Counted from the stretch's first letter, positions 23,869 to 35,649 are shown. The stretch: DNA of 64,000 bases from Neophaeotheca triangularis (GCA_054600435.1 BAAIJX010000010.1:310001-374000); one strand, 5' to 3'. Numbers and translations: made by a program. Notes: generated from the sequence alone by a model not told the origin.

Positions 23869-25956
23869 ATGGGCTTCCTCAAACACTTTCGTTCAAAGTC
23901 CCGCCTAAAGGACAAGGAAGGCAGCCCACAGCAACAGCTCCAATCCCACTCCTACAACAAAGGCTACTCCAACGGCAGCCCACAAGCCAGCTACCGCGGT
24001 CGTGACCAAACCCAACGTCTGCCCTCCAACGTCCTCGAGAACATCTTCACCTTCGTCTGCCCTCACGTGCTCGACGACACCTATGAGCCATCGGAACGTT
24101 CCAGCATAGGCGATGGCTGCATGCTGTGCGATCTGCGCGATTTGGGTCGTTGCGCTAGCGTGTGTAGGAAATGGTATCAGTCCGCTCAGCGCTTGCTCTA
24201 CACCAGCGTGCGCATCGACGCCGTCCACTATTGCGAGTTGGAGGATTTGCTGCAAGACCAGCGGAAGAAGCACGCGAAACATTTCAGGAGTAAGAGCAAT
24301 GTCGAGTCGGGTGAGGTGCCGAATGTCAGGCTGTCCTTGTTCTGCAGGACGGTGAGGGAGAGTCCGAATCTTGCTACGCAGGTCGAATTGCTCAAGCTGC
24401 CGTACATGACGAGGGAGACTTCAAAAGGAGATCTAGCGAGGACCGTGTCTGCCCTGCCAAATTTGCGCTATGTGGATCTCCCAGATGGCTTCTTTTCTGG
24501 TGACCCGAGCTGTCTTCCTCTGCGGCAGGAATTACAAGCACGATGTCCGGATATCAGAAAGATGATTTATCGCACTGGATCGGAAGAGTCGCTGGAGATG
24601 CTTGCAAGCAGACATTGGCTGGCCATTGAGACGCTGGAAATCTCCTCGCTTGCAATCGAACAAGCGACACTACGGATCGTGCTGGCTAGTCTTCCTACGC
24701 TGCACAATCTCACCCTCGCCGACCTTTCATGGGCCGACGATGGCATCTTCCACCCCGCGCCAGGCCAGCTCCCAGACTTTCCACCCCTTCAAGCGCTGCG
24801 CCTCGAAAATGTCCCTGGCATCACGGCCACTGGCCTAAACAGCTGGCTCAACTACCCACAAAATCGCGAGATGCTCTTTTCACTCACCCTGACCAACACC
24901 GGCATAACCGTACCTGAACTTCACACCGTCCTCTGGTCAGCAAGCTCACTCACACACCTTGCGATCCTCGAAACCGTCTCAAAGTCTCTGGCACTATCCT
25001 CGCAAGAACTTCCACCCCTAATGTCAATCTCTCTTCGCACTCTGAACTACGAAATCACTTCCCACGAAGACGTGCACGGCCTACAAAGGCCCGCTTCCTC
25101 CTACTACGCCTACCTCGCCTCCTCTCTCCACCAAAACGCCCTCCCAGCCCTCTCCACCCTCTACGTTCGCGACCAAGAATTCCCAGAACTGCTTCTCCTC
25201 CCCGCAGCTCCAGCACTCCCCTTCGCCAACGGCTCAATGCGAGCAAACAACAACAGCATCTACGGCGGCAATAGCCTTTACGGCGCCAATAGTCTCCAAT
25301 CCAAACCCTCCAACATCTCCTCCAACCACTCCCTCTCCCCCTCCCACCACAGCGGCACCAACGCCAGCAGCACACTCCACAGCCAAAACCCCTACAACAC
25401 CCGCGTCCCCCCGACCACCGCCCCACAACCCCAGCCTGCCCCAGGTTTCAACCAAACCCTCGAAGTCTTCTCCAAAGGTATCGACGAACTAGAATGGGTC
25501 TTCACGACCATCACGCCGCCCTCGGCTGCCAACAACACTTCCACCCCCTCCCACTCCCGCGCGGATTCCACCCCAACCCACAATCGCGGCTCCCACTCCG
25601 TCTCCGGCGGCCGCCCTCTGAGCGCCATCTCCGCCGGCCGCGGTCTCGGCCCGCAATGGGCTCAAGGCGGTTTCGGCGGCGACGCTCGCAAATCCGTCAT
25701 CGTGGGAAATGGCTTTGGCGGGTTCTTGGCGGTTCCCCAGGAAGAGGTGCCGAGGCCTAGGACGAGTGATGGTAGGGGCAGTTTTGGGAGTCAGGGGAGC
25801 GGTGGGGGGAGTTTGGGGGCTGTGGGGAATGCTGGGGAGAGGGGCAGTTGGCTTAAGCCGCCGCCGAGTATGGGGGTGTTGAGTGGGGATGGCGGGGGCG
25901 GGGGTGCGGGCGGTGGGCATGCTAGGAGGGGGAGTAAGCATGATCTTTGGCGGTGA
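23869..25956 (+). CDS. F-box domain protein with LRR-like region and low-complexity tail
   Basis: 695-aa intronless ORF with F-box-like RLPSNVLENIFTFVC…DLGRCASVCRKWY…LLY and LRR-like LPNLRYVDL / LPTLHNLTL repeats. Confidence 0.88.
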   Translation: MGFLKHFRSKSRLKDKEGSPQQQLQSHSYNKGYSNGSPQASYRGRDQTQRLPSNVLENIFTFVCPHVLDDTYEPSERSSIGDGCMLCDLRDLGRCASVCRKWYQSAQRLLYTSVRIDAVHYCELEDLLQDQRKKHAKHFRSKSNVESGEVPNVRLSLFCRTVRESPNLATQVELLKLPYMTRETSKGDLARTVSALPNLRYVDLPDGFFSGDPSCLPLRQELQARCPDIRKMIYRTGSEESLEMLASRHWLAIETLEISSLAIEQATLRIVLASLPTLHNLTLADLSWADDGIFHPAPGQLPDFPPLQALRLENVPGITATGLNSWLNYPQNREMLFSLTLTNTGITVPELHTVLWSASSLTHLAILETVSKSLALSSQELPPLMSISLRTLNYEITSHEDVHGLQRPASSYYAYLASSLHQNALPALSTLYVRDQEFPELLLLPAAPALPFANGSMRANNNSIYGGNSLYGANSLQSKPSNISSNHSLSPSHHSGTNASSTLHSQNPYNTRVPPTTAPQPQPAPGFNQTLEVFSKGIDELEWVFTTITPPSAANNTSTPSHSRADSTPTHNRGSHSVSGGRPLSAISAGRGLGPQWAQGGFGGDARKSVIVGNGFGGFLAVPQEEVPRPRTSDGRGSFGSQGSGGGSLGAVGNAGERGSWLKPPPSMGVLSGDGGGGGAGGGHARRGSKHDLWR

Positions 25957-26295
25957 GGGAGAGAAGAGGAGGGGGAGTGGAGAGGGAGGGGATTTTGTAT
26001 TGGTGGCCGGGCCGGGGTGGGGTTGGGTTGGCGAGCTGGTTCTCCCTCCCTACTACCCCCCCTGCTGAGCTCGTGGGGTCGACGGTTTAGGATGGGCTGG
26101 GTTTCCGCAGAAGCTGTGTCGTGAGGCCTTTGCGGTAAAAGGGTGACGCGGGATCTGAGTCTGATTTTTCTCTTTTTCATCATCTGCTAGCGTGTCTGAC
26201 CGTCTGTCAGGTCTTTCTTCTTGACTTCAAAGAATGTTTACGATGAGGAATGGCCGATATTGAAAGCCAGCGGACGGGATCAGGGCGGGATCAAG

Positions 26296-26334
26296 GCAGG
26301 GCAGGGCAGGGCAGGGCAGGACAGGGCAGGACAG
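26296..26334. repeat. (GCAGG/ACAGG)n pentanucleotide repeat
   Basis: About 7-8 consecutive gcagg/acagg units read directly. Confidence 0.85.
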
Positions 26335-26555
26335 AAGGAGGATGCAATCGTGGCCGTGATTGTGGATGGCGGATTACCTTTTTTGATACCCTTTCCTTTT
26401 TTTTCTCTCTCTTGTGTCTTATCTCCTTAGGATTTGAAAACCTTTTTTGGACTTCTGGGTTTCCCGTTGCTTCTTCTCGCTCCTTTTTTTTTCTTCTTTT
26501 TTTCTTTTGCTTTCTGTTAGGGATGTGGGAATCGATGATTTTTGTTTTTTCCACA

Positions 26556-27515
26556 TCTGTCTGTCTGTCTGTCTGTATGGCTGTCTGCCCGTCTGTCTGC
26601 CAGCTTGCCCAACCATGTGTCTGTCTTATGTGTCTGCCTATCTATCTCTCTATCTACCTATCCGTCGATCCATCGACCCATCGATCCATCTGTCTATCTA
26701 TCTATCCATCTATCTATCTACGCATCCATCCATCCATCCATCCATCCATCTATCTGTCTATCCATCTATCTACCTATCCCTATACCTATCTATTTATCTA
26801 TCTATCTATCTACCTATCCACCTATCCGTCTATCAGTCCATCTATTTATGTATCCTACCATCCATCTACGCATCTATCTATCTATCCATCTATCTGTCTA
26901 TCCATCTATCTATCCATCCATCCATCTATCTCTCTATCTATCCATCTATCTATTAGTCCATCCAATCATCCATCCTACTATCTGTCTCTCCATCCACCTA
27001 TCCATCCATCTATCTATTAGTCCATCTATCTATCAATCCATCTATTAGTCTATCTATTCCTCTGTCTATCTATCTAACTATCCACCCATCCTTACACCTA
27101 TCTATCCATCTATCTATCCATCTATCTATCTATCCATCTATCTATCCATCCATCCATCCATCTATCTATCCATCCATTCATCCATCCATCTATCCATCTA
27201 TCTATCCATCTATCTATCTATCCATCTATCTATCCATCCATCCATCCATCTATCTATCCATCCATTCATCCATCCATCTATCCATTCATCCATCCATCTA
27301 TCTACCTATCTATCCATCTACCTATCCATCTATCTACCTATCTATTCACCTATCCATCCACCTATCCATCTATCCACCTGTCCATCTATCTATCCATCTA
27401 TCTATCCATCCATCTATCCATCTATCTATCCATCCATCCATCCATCCATCCATCCATCCATCCATCCATCCATCCATCTATCCACCTATCCATTAGTCCA
27501 TTAGTCCATCCATCC
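26556..27515. repeat. Compound tetranucleotide satellite (TCTG then TCTA/TCCA; GATA/GGAT on the minus strand), about 960 bp
   Basis: Continuous run of TCTG, TCTA, TCCA, CCTA and TTCA units; contains an exact 88-bp tandem duplication at 27101..27188 / 27189..27276. Confidence 0.97.
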
Positions 27516-27859
27516 AACAGCAGAGCCCATATCCTCTACCCTCCCATCCCGCGTACCGGGCTAGTATAGTATAGATTCCTCTTACTACAGCTCTAGTGGT
27601 GTTTGCTCTAGTAGTGTTTACGGTAGCGGTACGGTAGTGGTGGTGTTAGTAGCTCTCCCCTCCGACTCAACCAACGACAGCTCGGAAACAGCAGTGAGTG
27701 CAGCTCGAAGACATTCCTTAGCTAGTAACGAAAGCGGTGCGCCATAGACGCGACGCAACGGGGACGTGCGACTACAATCATGCTCGCGACAGCGAAGAGA
27801 TGGAAAACCGGACTGGGAGTGTTGAAAGTTGTTTTTGGTCTTTGATTCTCTTCTAGTCA

Positions 27860-29236
27860 AACTTGTGTGTGTTAGTTTCGCTTCACATCCCGCTAAGTTG
27901 TTCCAACCTCTCTTGTCTCATCCTAGCCTCAGTAGGAAGTAAAGCTAATCGCAACCTCTTGTCCGGCGGACCATTGCTGTCCTCTACGCTTCCTTCTCAT
28001 TTCTATCTTGCCTTTGCCTTTCTTTGCCTGGTTTCTAGCGTCGCTATCGCTGGTTGTTCGACTCGCTGTCCCCTTTCTCTACTACTGACGGCTACAGCTG
28101 CCGCTACTTGCGTTGCAAGAGCCTAAGCGCCCCTGCAAATGATACCCTCCGACCTCCTCGGCCCTTGCTACCCCTGCGGACCCTCCTCACGTGTACCCTC
28201 CTCACGTGTACTCTCCTCACGTGTACTAAACTATAAGACTTCGCCCTATACGACGGGTGACTTGCGTCGCTTGCCGACTTAGGAGCGCCGAGGTGGTGTA
28301 GCTAGCATTTTTGCGTTTTAAGGCCCGGGGGGGTTTCGACGGCTGCGTTCGCGCTCGGTTCCGTTGCGTTGCGGTGCGTCGAGTTGGGTTGGAAGCGATG
28401 GTGACACTAGGCAGGGATGCTGGCGTCCTGTCGAGTTGGGGAAGTTACGAAGGGTAAGCCGGGCGGTCAAGGGGTGGTTGGAGCTTGGTGTTTCTTTTGC
28501 TGTCGGTCAGGACCCATGGGTTTCGAGGTGCCGCGGTAGAGTGCGTGGGGCGAGGAGCGAGGGGCTGGTTTTGGCTGGGGGTGGGGATGGACTTGGGTTC
28601 CTGGATGTTTTATCTTTGGAGGGAAGGATGAGGTAGCTTGGGGTTCGTGTTGGTCTCGTGGTGTTGGGGGTTAGAAGGTGGGAGTCGGTTGGTGGGTCGC
28701 GTTTGCTTCATGCGGGAGCAGGACTTTTGGTGGCGAGACGGGAGTGGCGAATACCTTTGGACGTTCTCGAAGGCGTCGATGTGAGAGGTGACTCTGGTTT
28801 CGTTGCGACTTGCACGCTGTGGTAGTCCGCGGCGCCGTTCCGATGAGATGTGGATTGGTGCCCGAATTGGTGGAAGGTTGTTTCATCGTGGAGAATCTGG
28901 TAGTCTTCATTTGGCGGACGACAGGTAAGAGTGTTCGTCCTGGCTATGGCCGAGCAGCGCCATCTTCATCTCCAGGTACTGACGGATGACATCGTCTTGT
29001 TCCTGACGAAGCGGCGTGGATCGTACGGGCATGGCGTGAGGGAGGTTGTCGGACCAGCTCTGGATGGCGCGAAGTTCTTCGCCATCGAGATATTGATGGT
29101 GCGGACGGGTATTGGGGGGATTCTTGCAAGAAGCACTTTCCATGGCGCTTCCGTGTTGCGAGACGGAAGAGGATTTCCGAGAGCCTTCTGGGGTCGAGTC
29201 TAGCATGTTGCTGCAATCGTAGGTGGTGCTTGCCAC
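27860..29236 (-). pseudogene. Possible decayed, RIP-like damaged low-complexity gene remnant
   Basis: Short ORFs 28907..29236 and 28671..28910, plus a protein-like frame from ATG 28308 broken by TAG/TAA/TGA codons; locally TpA-rich. No family recognised. Confidence 0.3.
28180..28224. repeat. 3 x 15-bp tandem repeat ACYCTCCTCACGTGT
   Basis: Units at 28180, 28195 and 28210, each containing CACGTG. Confidence 0.9.
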
Positions 29237-30472
29237 CGGGTTGGTGAGGGTGTTTGGTTGCAGTCTCAGTCTTGACGGGGCCAGCGGCGGGAGTTGTTAA
29301 AAGATATACGGACCTCGACTCACAAACACAAATCGAAAGGGTCCAAGGTTTGAATAGGTGCTCTGATTACGACAAAGGTCATTGCTCGGACAATTGAGTG
29401 AAAAAGTCAGCGATAGCCAGAAGATTTATGTATTATTGTGATACGACCCCGCCATAACGGTTGCGCAAATTACATGGCACCAATTTGGCCGTCTCGAGTT
29501 GTCGTGATTGATTTAATAATAAGAAGAATGATTATACCACCACCACCCACCTTCAGAGCTTACAACTTTAGCCGTTTGTCGATGAAGTAAGGACAAGGAC
29601 AAGGCACCTGCCCAAAGCAGGACGTCGGTCCATGGAGGGGCACGAGGGGATGACCATGCTGTCGGGACCAGGCAGGCAGGCAAACTTCAGGGCAGGCAGA
29701 CGACAGGTATGAACTTGACAAATACCGGCCAACCAGCGACCATTACATTATTGTGAGTGGTGGAATTCCGAGTCAAAGGATGACAAGACGAACAGCTTGC
29801 GACACCGACGGTTTGGTAAGATGCCTAACTGTAAGGGCAAGGGCATCGATCGAGGGTGGAGAGCATGGCAGTAGTAATTAATTTTCTGTCTTTTCTTTTC
29901 TTTTCATTTTGATTATAGATTGTAGCTGTGGGCGGATTCGAGGGGGGATTCCAAATACAACGGTTAGGTATGTTACCGTATGCATGCACTGCACTTTATT
30001 ACCACGCGGCGGCTGTTTGATAAGGTAAAGTACTAGTAGTCGGCGCATGGCAGTTTGAAGAGGCGCTTGCCGTATTTTTGATAGCCTCAAGTGCATGCAT
30101 GGGTGTAGCGTGGAAGCCCCGTACCGTGTCAAGTGATATGTGAGTACATACATACTCTGGGCCAAAACAAGCTTTTGTTGATTTGAAAGAGGTTGCATTA
30201 GTCGCCCGGACCCCGGCCAACCCGGCACAGGCACCCTCCACCTACAGGTAGCAGGTAGCAGGTAGCAGCGAGCTTCTCCCGCAACAAAACCTAGAGGTAA
30301 GCCTAAAAGGAAGCCCCGCCTGCTGCCACGTGAGTTGGACTAGTACTTACCTTACTACAGTAGTAGGTTCGTGTGAATCGTGTCAGCCGCCATGCAGCCA
30401 GCCATGCAGCCGTGCAGATTGTGGCTGTCTGACATGATTACCTCCTTACCCGAATTCACACCAGTCATCCGA

Positions 30473-30689
30473 CTACCTACCTATCTACCTACCTACCTAC
30501 CTACCTACCTATCTCGAATTAATATACCAAGGTCCCGAGTAAACGGCTCCGCTTCCAAATCACCTCACACATCGTCTCAATCGAGCACTAGTTCGCCCGG
30601 ACTCCATGAATAACTTAGCAAGGACTCCTATCGACATGTAAACCCAAACACCAAGCCTACGCCTACGCCTACGCCTACGCCTACGCCTA
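30473..30689. repeat. (CTAC)n run (about 30473..30510) and (GCCTAC)n run (30655..30689)
   Basis: Read directly from the sequence. Confidence 0.85.
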
Positions 30690-30730
30690 TTCCAAACCGA
30701 GTCAGGCCCCTGAGACCATACCAGCCAGCC

Positions 30731-31260
30731 ATGCCATCTAGCGACTTCCGCTTCCCTCCACTCCATGGCGCTCCTGCCGTTGACATCCAAGATCAAGCGA
30801 TGCGGCCCTATCAGACCAAACATGCAGCAGTGGAGTCACCACCCTCATCGACCCAAGAAGAGCCGCCCGAATCCACTTCGAATCGAATGTCTCCGCGCCG
30901 CACGTGCCGATACTCTTACGCATCAACACCAATCCACACGACCCTCGACCTCGATCCCCGCAACCCAGAACTGGGTACCTGGCCCCCTTCGAGCGGCGTA
31001 ATTCGAACCCACCGCCTCGAAAGCAGACCCGGACATCCCAGGAGCTCCCGTTCCATGACATTGGAGAAGCGTGCTCTCTTTCTGATGAGACATACCCCCC
31101 TTCCAAACCGCCATGCCACCGAAGCGCCCCCTGGGCTAACAAGATACGACTTCTCGCCAAGGAGCCGCACGCCGTTGCAGCGGGCAAGGCCGTATTCCAA
31201 ATCGAAACCCCGGGCCAGGGACACGGATACGGCGCTCTGAAGCGTACACGTGGCAAGTAG
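30731..31260 (+). CDS. Possible small hypothetical protein (two overlapping + frames; may be non-coding or frameshifted)
   Basis: ATG in good context (GCCATGC) opens 169 codons, and an overlapping frame runs 30904..31260; no recognisable domain. Confidence 0.25.
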
Positions 31261-32010
31261 GATAGGTAGGTTTCACACGTCTCCCGGGCTGATAGTGGTT
31301 TCCTTCGAACCCTCGCTCGGCACCATGACTCGGACCTTTAGCCCTCAAGCTTGTACAGACTGTTGCGTGGGGGATATTCCGCTTTTGATTTGCATTTGTT
31401 ATCAGGTCCGACTGTCGAACTCGCTCGATGTCGCTCTGAAGGTTGGGTGTTGGTGATCACAACCGATGCTCAGGGTGCGTTGAAATGGAAGTGAGTATCA
31501 TTGCTGGTTTAGTGGATCGGTGAAGATCGGAATTTGTGCCAAAAGGCCTCGATAATCTTCCTTTGCCAGACAAAACAGTTTCAGCCAGAGAGTTGGATTC
31601 TAATATCCTGCTGGCCATCGAAGTGCTACCGTAGGCCTCTTCTTCCTTGTTATATCGAGTGGTCAGCGGTAGCGAGAGCAAAGTATGCGAGGTGAAAGAA
31701 CGCTGGCCAGGTGGGGACACTGTCGTGGAATCATTGAAAAACTCCAGAAAGCCTCGTAAGCGACCAGACGTCGGGATTCTGGAGGACTGTAAGAAATTGA
31801 ATACATACAATGAATCAAGAGTATCGTCAACACAACCCTATCAAACCAAAACGTAAACCGCACACAAGCGCGATGAAAACAGAATACGAAAGTAGCCTTT
31901 CTCCCCCCCCCCCCCCCCACCCCTTCTCAACCAACTCCGTTTCTCGCAAACCAAACCAAACCACCAAACCGCGGAACCCAGACCATTCTACCCCCCATTT
32001 CCCCCCCAAT

Positions 32011-35000
32011 CTACCCCATCTCAGTATCCCCATCAGCATCAACAACACTACTCTCAATCAACCTATCGACCAAACTCTCATCCCCCTCGTCCTCCTCCTC
32101 TTCCCCTCCGTCCTCACCTCCCTCCCCCCTCCCCAACCCAACTCTAGTCCCCTCAGCATCCGGCTGAAACCCCACCGTCGAGCTCGAAACCCTACCAGGC
32201 CCAAGGGTGGCATCCCGCATCCCGCGCCGCAGTTGAGAGACGGAACCATCGAGATCCTCATCCTCGTCCTCGTCCGCACCAGCAGCAGCAGCAGCAGTAG
32301 TCTCAACATCGCTCGCAGCCTCGACGCGACGGCGGCGGCGCGCGCTCGCCTTGGAACCCTCGCCGTCGGCAACAGGACTCGCAGCACCAGCAGGAAGAAC
32401 CTCCGTACTCTCGACCCCCGTCGCCTCATAGTCCTCCCCATCCCCACGCAGATCCAAATCCTCGCCACGTGCCAAAGCAACCCCCGTCTCCTCGCCGCCT
32501 TCCACTTCCACTTCCCCACCCCCACCCCGCTCAACCGCCATAGCCTCGCCGATAAATCGCAAAAACTGCGTTTTCAACCTCGCCAGCGCATTCCTGCCCG
32601 TCGCGTCCGTCGCGACCTTTGTCTCCTCGGCCTCGACCAGCAACTCAAGCAGCGCCTTCAACTTCTCCGTCCCGCACCCGCCAGCAGGCAAGTGCAACTT
32701 CCCCAGCAGTCCGAAAAGCACCTTGCGCTCTTCGCGGGAGACTTGGCTCGTGACGAGCCGCTCGAGGACGTTTTCCGCTAGGACGTAGTGGAGTTCGCTT
32801 GCGGCGTTGGCGGCGGCGGCGGCGGTGGTGGTGGTGGTGGCTTCGGCGAAGCCGACGATGCGGCGCGGGTCGGTCCAGTCGAGCAGCATCGCTGCCACGG
32901 TGGTTAGACTGACCAATCCCGTTTCTTCGATGCCTTCGTCCGCTTCCATCTCGTCGAGTAGGTTTTCTCGCAGGACGCAGAGTTTGGCGATGACGCTGGT
33001 GCCGATTTCGACGAGGAGGGCGGCGTTGGAAGCGCGGGAGTGGCAGTATACTGGGAGGAAGTAGGAGAGGGATTGTCGGAGGGAGGGGTTGGAGCTGGTT
33101 TCGGGGTCGAAGTAGGTGGTTATAAGGGTGCGGAGGAGGTCGGTGGGGTGGGGGAGCAGGCGGGCCAGGAGCAGTTTGCTGATGCTGCTTGCAGAGGCGG
33201 ATTGGAGAGTGGGGTTTGGGGAGCGGAGGGATTTGGTTAGGGTTTTGAGAATGGGTTTGAGTAGGGGAGGTTCGGTTGTGGAGTTGTCGTTGTCGTCGGT
33301 GGCGGATGTGTTGGGAACTGCGAGGAGCGAGGGGTGAGTTATGAGGATGTCGGTTATGATTTGGAGCGCAATGGTTTGTAGGGCTGGGTGGCCTTTGGAG
33401 AAGCAGTGGAGGAAGAGGGTTAGATTTTCCTCGGCCAGATTTTTGCCCAGGAGGCAGCAGAGGCCCAGGCAGAGGAGACCGCGCTCGCGAATTGGGGCTT
33501 CTTGGGAGCGGACGGCGGGGACGACGAGATTATTGAGCATTGTTACCAGGTGTACGTTGTCCTCTGTGGGGAGAGTTAGTGGACAGTCTGGCATGGAAAG
33601 GGAAAAGCGTGACATACCCAGCACGCACTGCACGTTCTGCAACATACACTGCGCAATATGCAAGCACTTCATGTTGACCATAATCTCCTTGACAGCCTTT
33701 TCCTCATCCACTTCCTCGTTCTCCTCGACATTCTCTTCCCCAGCCTTTTTAGCTTTCTTTGACGACTTCTTAGTAGGCGTGCTCTGACCATCTGGCTGCG
33801 AAGTGGCAGAGTGGAAACTGTCATCAACGCTTGTACTCGACCCATCGGCTTCTGGTTCCTCGCCCATGATAGTATCATGAACCTCGGCGACAGCCTCAAG
33901 AACTACACCGCAAAATTCGCGCTCGCCCTTGGCATCTTCGCCGCATACGAGTCGCAGCACTTCAACCACGAGGCGAGTCGCTTCTTCCGGCAATTCAGCC
34001 AGAGCCAGTGCTTCACGCATGAGACGGAACATCTTGCGCCTGCCGACTTCGTCAGAGTAATCAAAAGACAGCGCCATGTGCAACATTTGTTCAACAACAA
34101 ACTCGCGCTGCACACTGTCCTCTTCGGCGTCTGCGTCTTCGTCTTCGCCGCTGGCCGCCAGACGAACGGTCTCAACTAACTTGTTGAGTTCGCGCTCGAG
34201 GAGAAACCCGAATTTCGTGACTTCAGGCAGCTTTTCTTCCACCATGACATCGAGTGCTCGCGGGCCGTTGTAGCCGTCCTCTTTCCCAGAAGAGCGGCAG
34301 AAGTCGTTGAAAGTCCTCGCTACGAAAGCCAGTTCGGGAGAGAGGTCTTCCCAGAAAGTGTCGGGGAAAGAGACGTATTGCAAGTAGTCTGGTCGACCGT
34401 TCCAGAACTCTTTCATGGCGACTTGCGCGATACCGCCTTCGACGCCACTATTGACTATGTCGATGCGCTCCAGCAATTCTAGCAGAGCATCCAATGATGG
34501 GTCTGCGGCATGGTTTGCGGGTTTCTGCTCGCCGTCTTCCGCCTCGTCAGCGGCTTGTGCAGCTGGTAGAGCTGCGCAGTCTTCAATCCACCGCTCGCAA
34601 AAGAGTCTAGCAGTTGCTTTGCGGACGTTTTCGTCGCGGTCTCTGAGCCCCCATCGTAGCAGCTTTTCTCGATGCGTTAGAGAGAGGTGCCGAAAGTCGC
34701 CCAGTGCTGGTAAAAGACGTGCGTACAGCGCACGCCTCGTCGCGCCATCCGCGTCTCTCGCTCGTTCGAGGAGATACGGCAGGACCTCCTTTGTGAGCGG
34801 GAGGTTGAGTAGCAGGTTCCTCCTCACCTCAGCCGAAGGGTCGTTTTGCAAGATATCCAACAACTTCACCAAAACGCCCCTCCCAGCCTCATCCTCGCTG
34901 TCGGAATCTTCATCCCTCCCTTCATCCTCCACTTCCGCTGCCAATCTCCCAAGTCCATAGACCGCTTGCAGCCTCACCGGCGTCTCTTTATCATGAATCC

Positions 35001-35649
35001 TCTTTAACAACGCCAGCCTCAACATGTGAAAGAGCCCATCGTCCAACGTATCCAAACTGTTAATAATATGACTCGTAACCTGCATCGCGCGAAATCTAAT
35101 CGTCTTGTCCTTGGCCATCAACAATGGCAATAGCGTCGACAAAATCTGCGTCGTCAAACGTGCGGTAGGCGTCTCAGGCAAGCTCTCAGCATCCGGATCC
35201 GCACCCGAGAGCAGTTCTACGTCCTTCTCACTTGCGACTTTCAAGTACGTGCCCAGGAACCGCACAACCCTGTCTCCCACAGGTTCGCTCTTCTTGACCA
35301 TGAGAACCCTTAAGATACATCGCACCGTCTCGGCGTTGAAGTCATCCTCCTCAAACTCCTCGCTCGCTTGCTTCTTCCCTTTGCTTGCGTCGGAAACGGG
35401 TTCGTAGCAGCATGATTCCTGGATTTTGCGCAGGCTGATGACGAGTTTTCGGTGACCGGTTACGGACTTTTGGGCTTCGGAGAAGACGTTGGTGATGGCG
35501 CGGCGGAGAGTCGTTTCAGCACCTTCGTCTGGTATGTCGGTTTGAGGAGAGCTGGTGCGGGTGTTGCCTCGCAGGGCTTGCGTGGATGATTTGGCGGAGA
35601 CGGTTGTTGAGGTGCGAGCGGTACGGGAAGAGGCCACTCGACCAGGCAT
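32011..35649 (-). CDS. ycg1: Condensin complex subunit 3 (Ycg1/Cnd3/NCAPG), HEAT repeats
   Basis: ATG 35649 (MPGR…). Motifs are HRKLVISLRKIQ, AKDKTIRFR, LQNDPSAEVRR, LLERARD, DYSDEVGRRKMF, RERGLLCLGLCCLL and LRQSLSYFLPVYC. A 54-nt GTATGT..CTAAC..CAG intron at 33564..33617 is read through by the ORF track. Confidence 0.95.
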   Translation of the reverse strand: MPGRVASSRTARTSTTVSAKSSTQALRGNTRTSSPQTDIPDEGAETTLRRAITNVFSEAQKSVTGHRKLVISLRKIQESCCYEPVSDASKGKKQASEEFEEDDFNAETVRCILRVLMVKKSEPVGDRVVRFLGTYLKVASEKDVELLSGADPDAESLPETPTARLTTQILSTLLPLLMAKDKTIRFRAMQVTSHIINSLDTLDDGLFHMLRLALLKRIHDKETPVRLQAVYGLGRLAAEVEDEGRDEDSDSEDEAGRGVLVKLLDILQNDPSAEVRRNLLLNLPLTKEVLPYLLERARDADGATRRALYARLLPALGDFRHLSLTHREKLLRWGLRDRDENVRKATARLFCERWIEDCAALPAAQAADEAEDGEQKPANHAADPSLDALLELLERIDIVNSGVEGGIAQVAMKEFWNGRPDYLQYVSFPDTFWEDLSPELAFVARTFNDFCRSSGKEDGYNGPRALDVMVEEKLPEVTKFGFLLERELNKLVETVRLAASGEDEDADAEEDSVQREFVVEQMLHMALSFDYSDEVGRRKMFRLMREALALAELPEEATRLVVEVLRLVCGEDAKGEREFCGVVLEAVAEVHDTIMGEEPEADGSSTSVDDSFHSATSQPDGQSTPTKKSSKKAKKAGEENVEENEEVDEEKAVKEIMVNMKCLHIAQCMLQNVQCVLGMSRFSLSMPDCPLTLPTEDNVHLVTMLNNLVVPAVRSQEAPIRERGLLCLGLCCLLGKNLAEENLTLFLHCFSKGHPALQTIALQIITDILITHPSLLAVPNTSATDDNDNSTTEPPLLKPILKTLTKSLRSPNPTLQSASASSISKLLLARLLPHPTDLLRTLITTYFDPETSSNPSLRQSLSYFLPVYCHSRASNAALLVEIGTSVIAKLCVLRENLLDEMEADEGIEETGLVSLTTVAAMLLDWTDPRRIVGFAEATTTTTAAAAANAASELHYVLAENVLERLVTSQVSREERKVLFGLLGKLHLPAGGCGTEKLKALLELLVEAEETKVATDATGRNALARLKTQFLRFIGEAMAVERGGGGEVEVEGGEETGVALARGEDLDLRGDGEDYEATGVESTEVLPAGAASPVADGEGSKASARRRRRVEAASDVETTAAAAAGADEDEDEDLDGSVSQLRRGMRDATLGPGRVSSSTVGFQPDAEGTRVGLGRGEGGEDGGEEEEDEGDESLVDRLIESSVVDADGDTEMG

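Noticed and set aside
26250..27048. ORFs of 168-256 aa (IYLSIHPS repeats)
   Set aside because: Translations of the TCTA/TCCA satellite; open only because the repeat lacks stops in those frames.
31810..32781. 323-aa plus-strand ORF, and similar antisense ORFs such as 52769..53686 and 22328..23110
   Set aside because: Shadows of real minus-strand genes in strongly skewed, stop-poor sequence.
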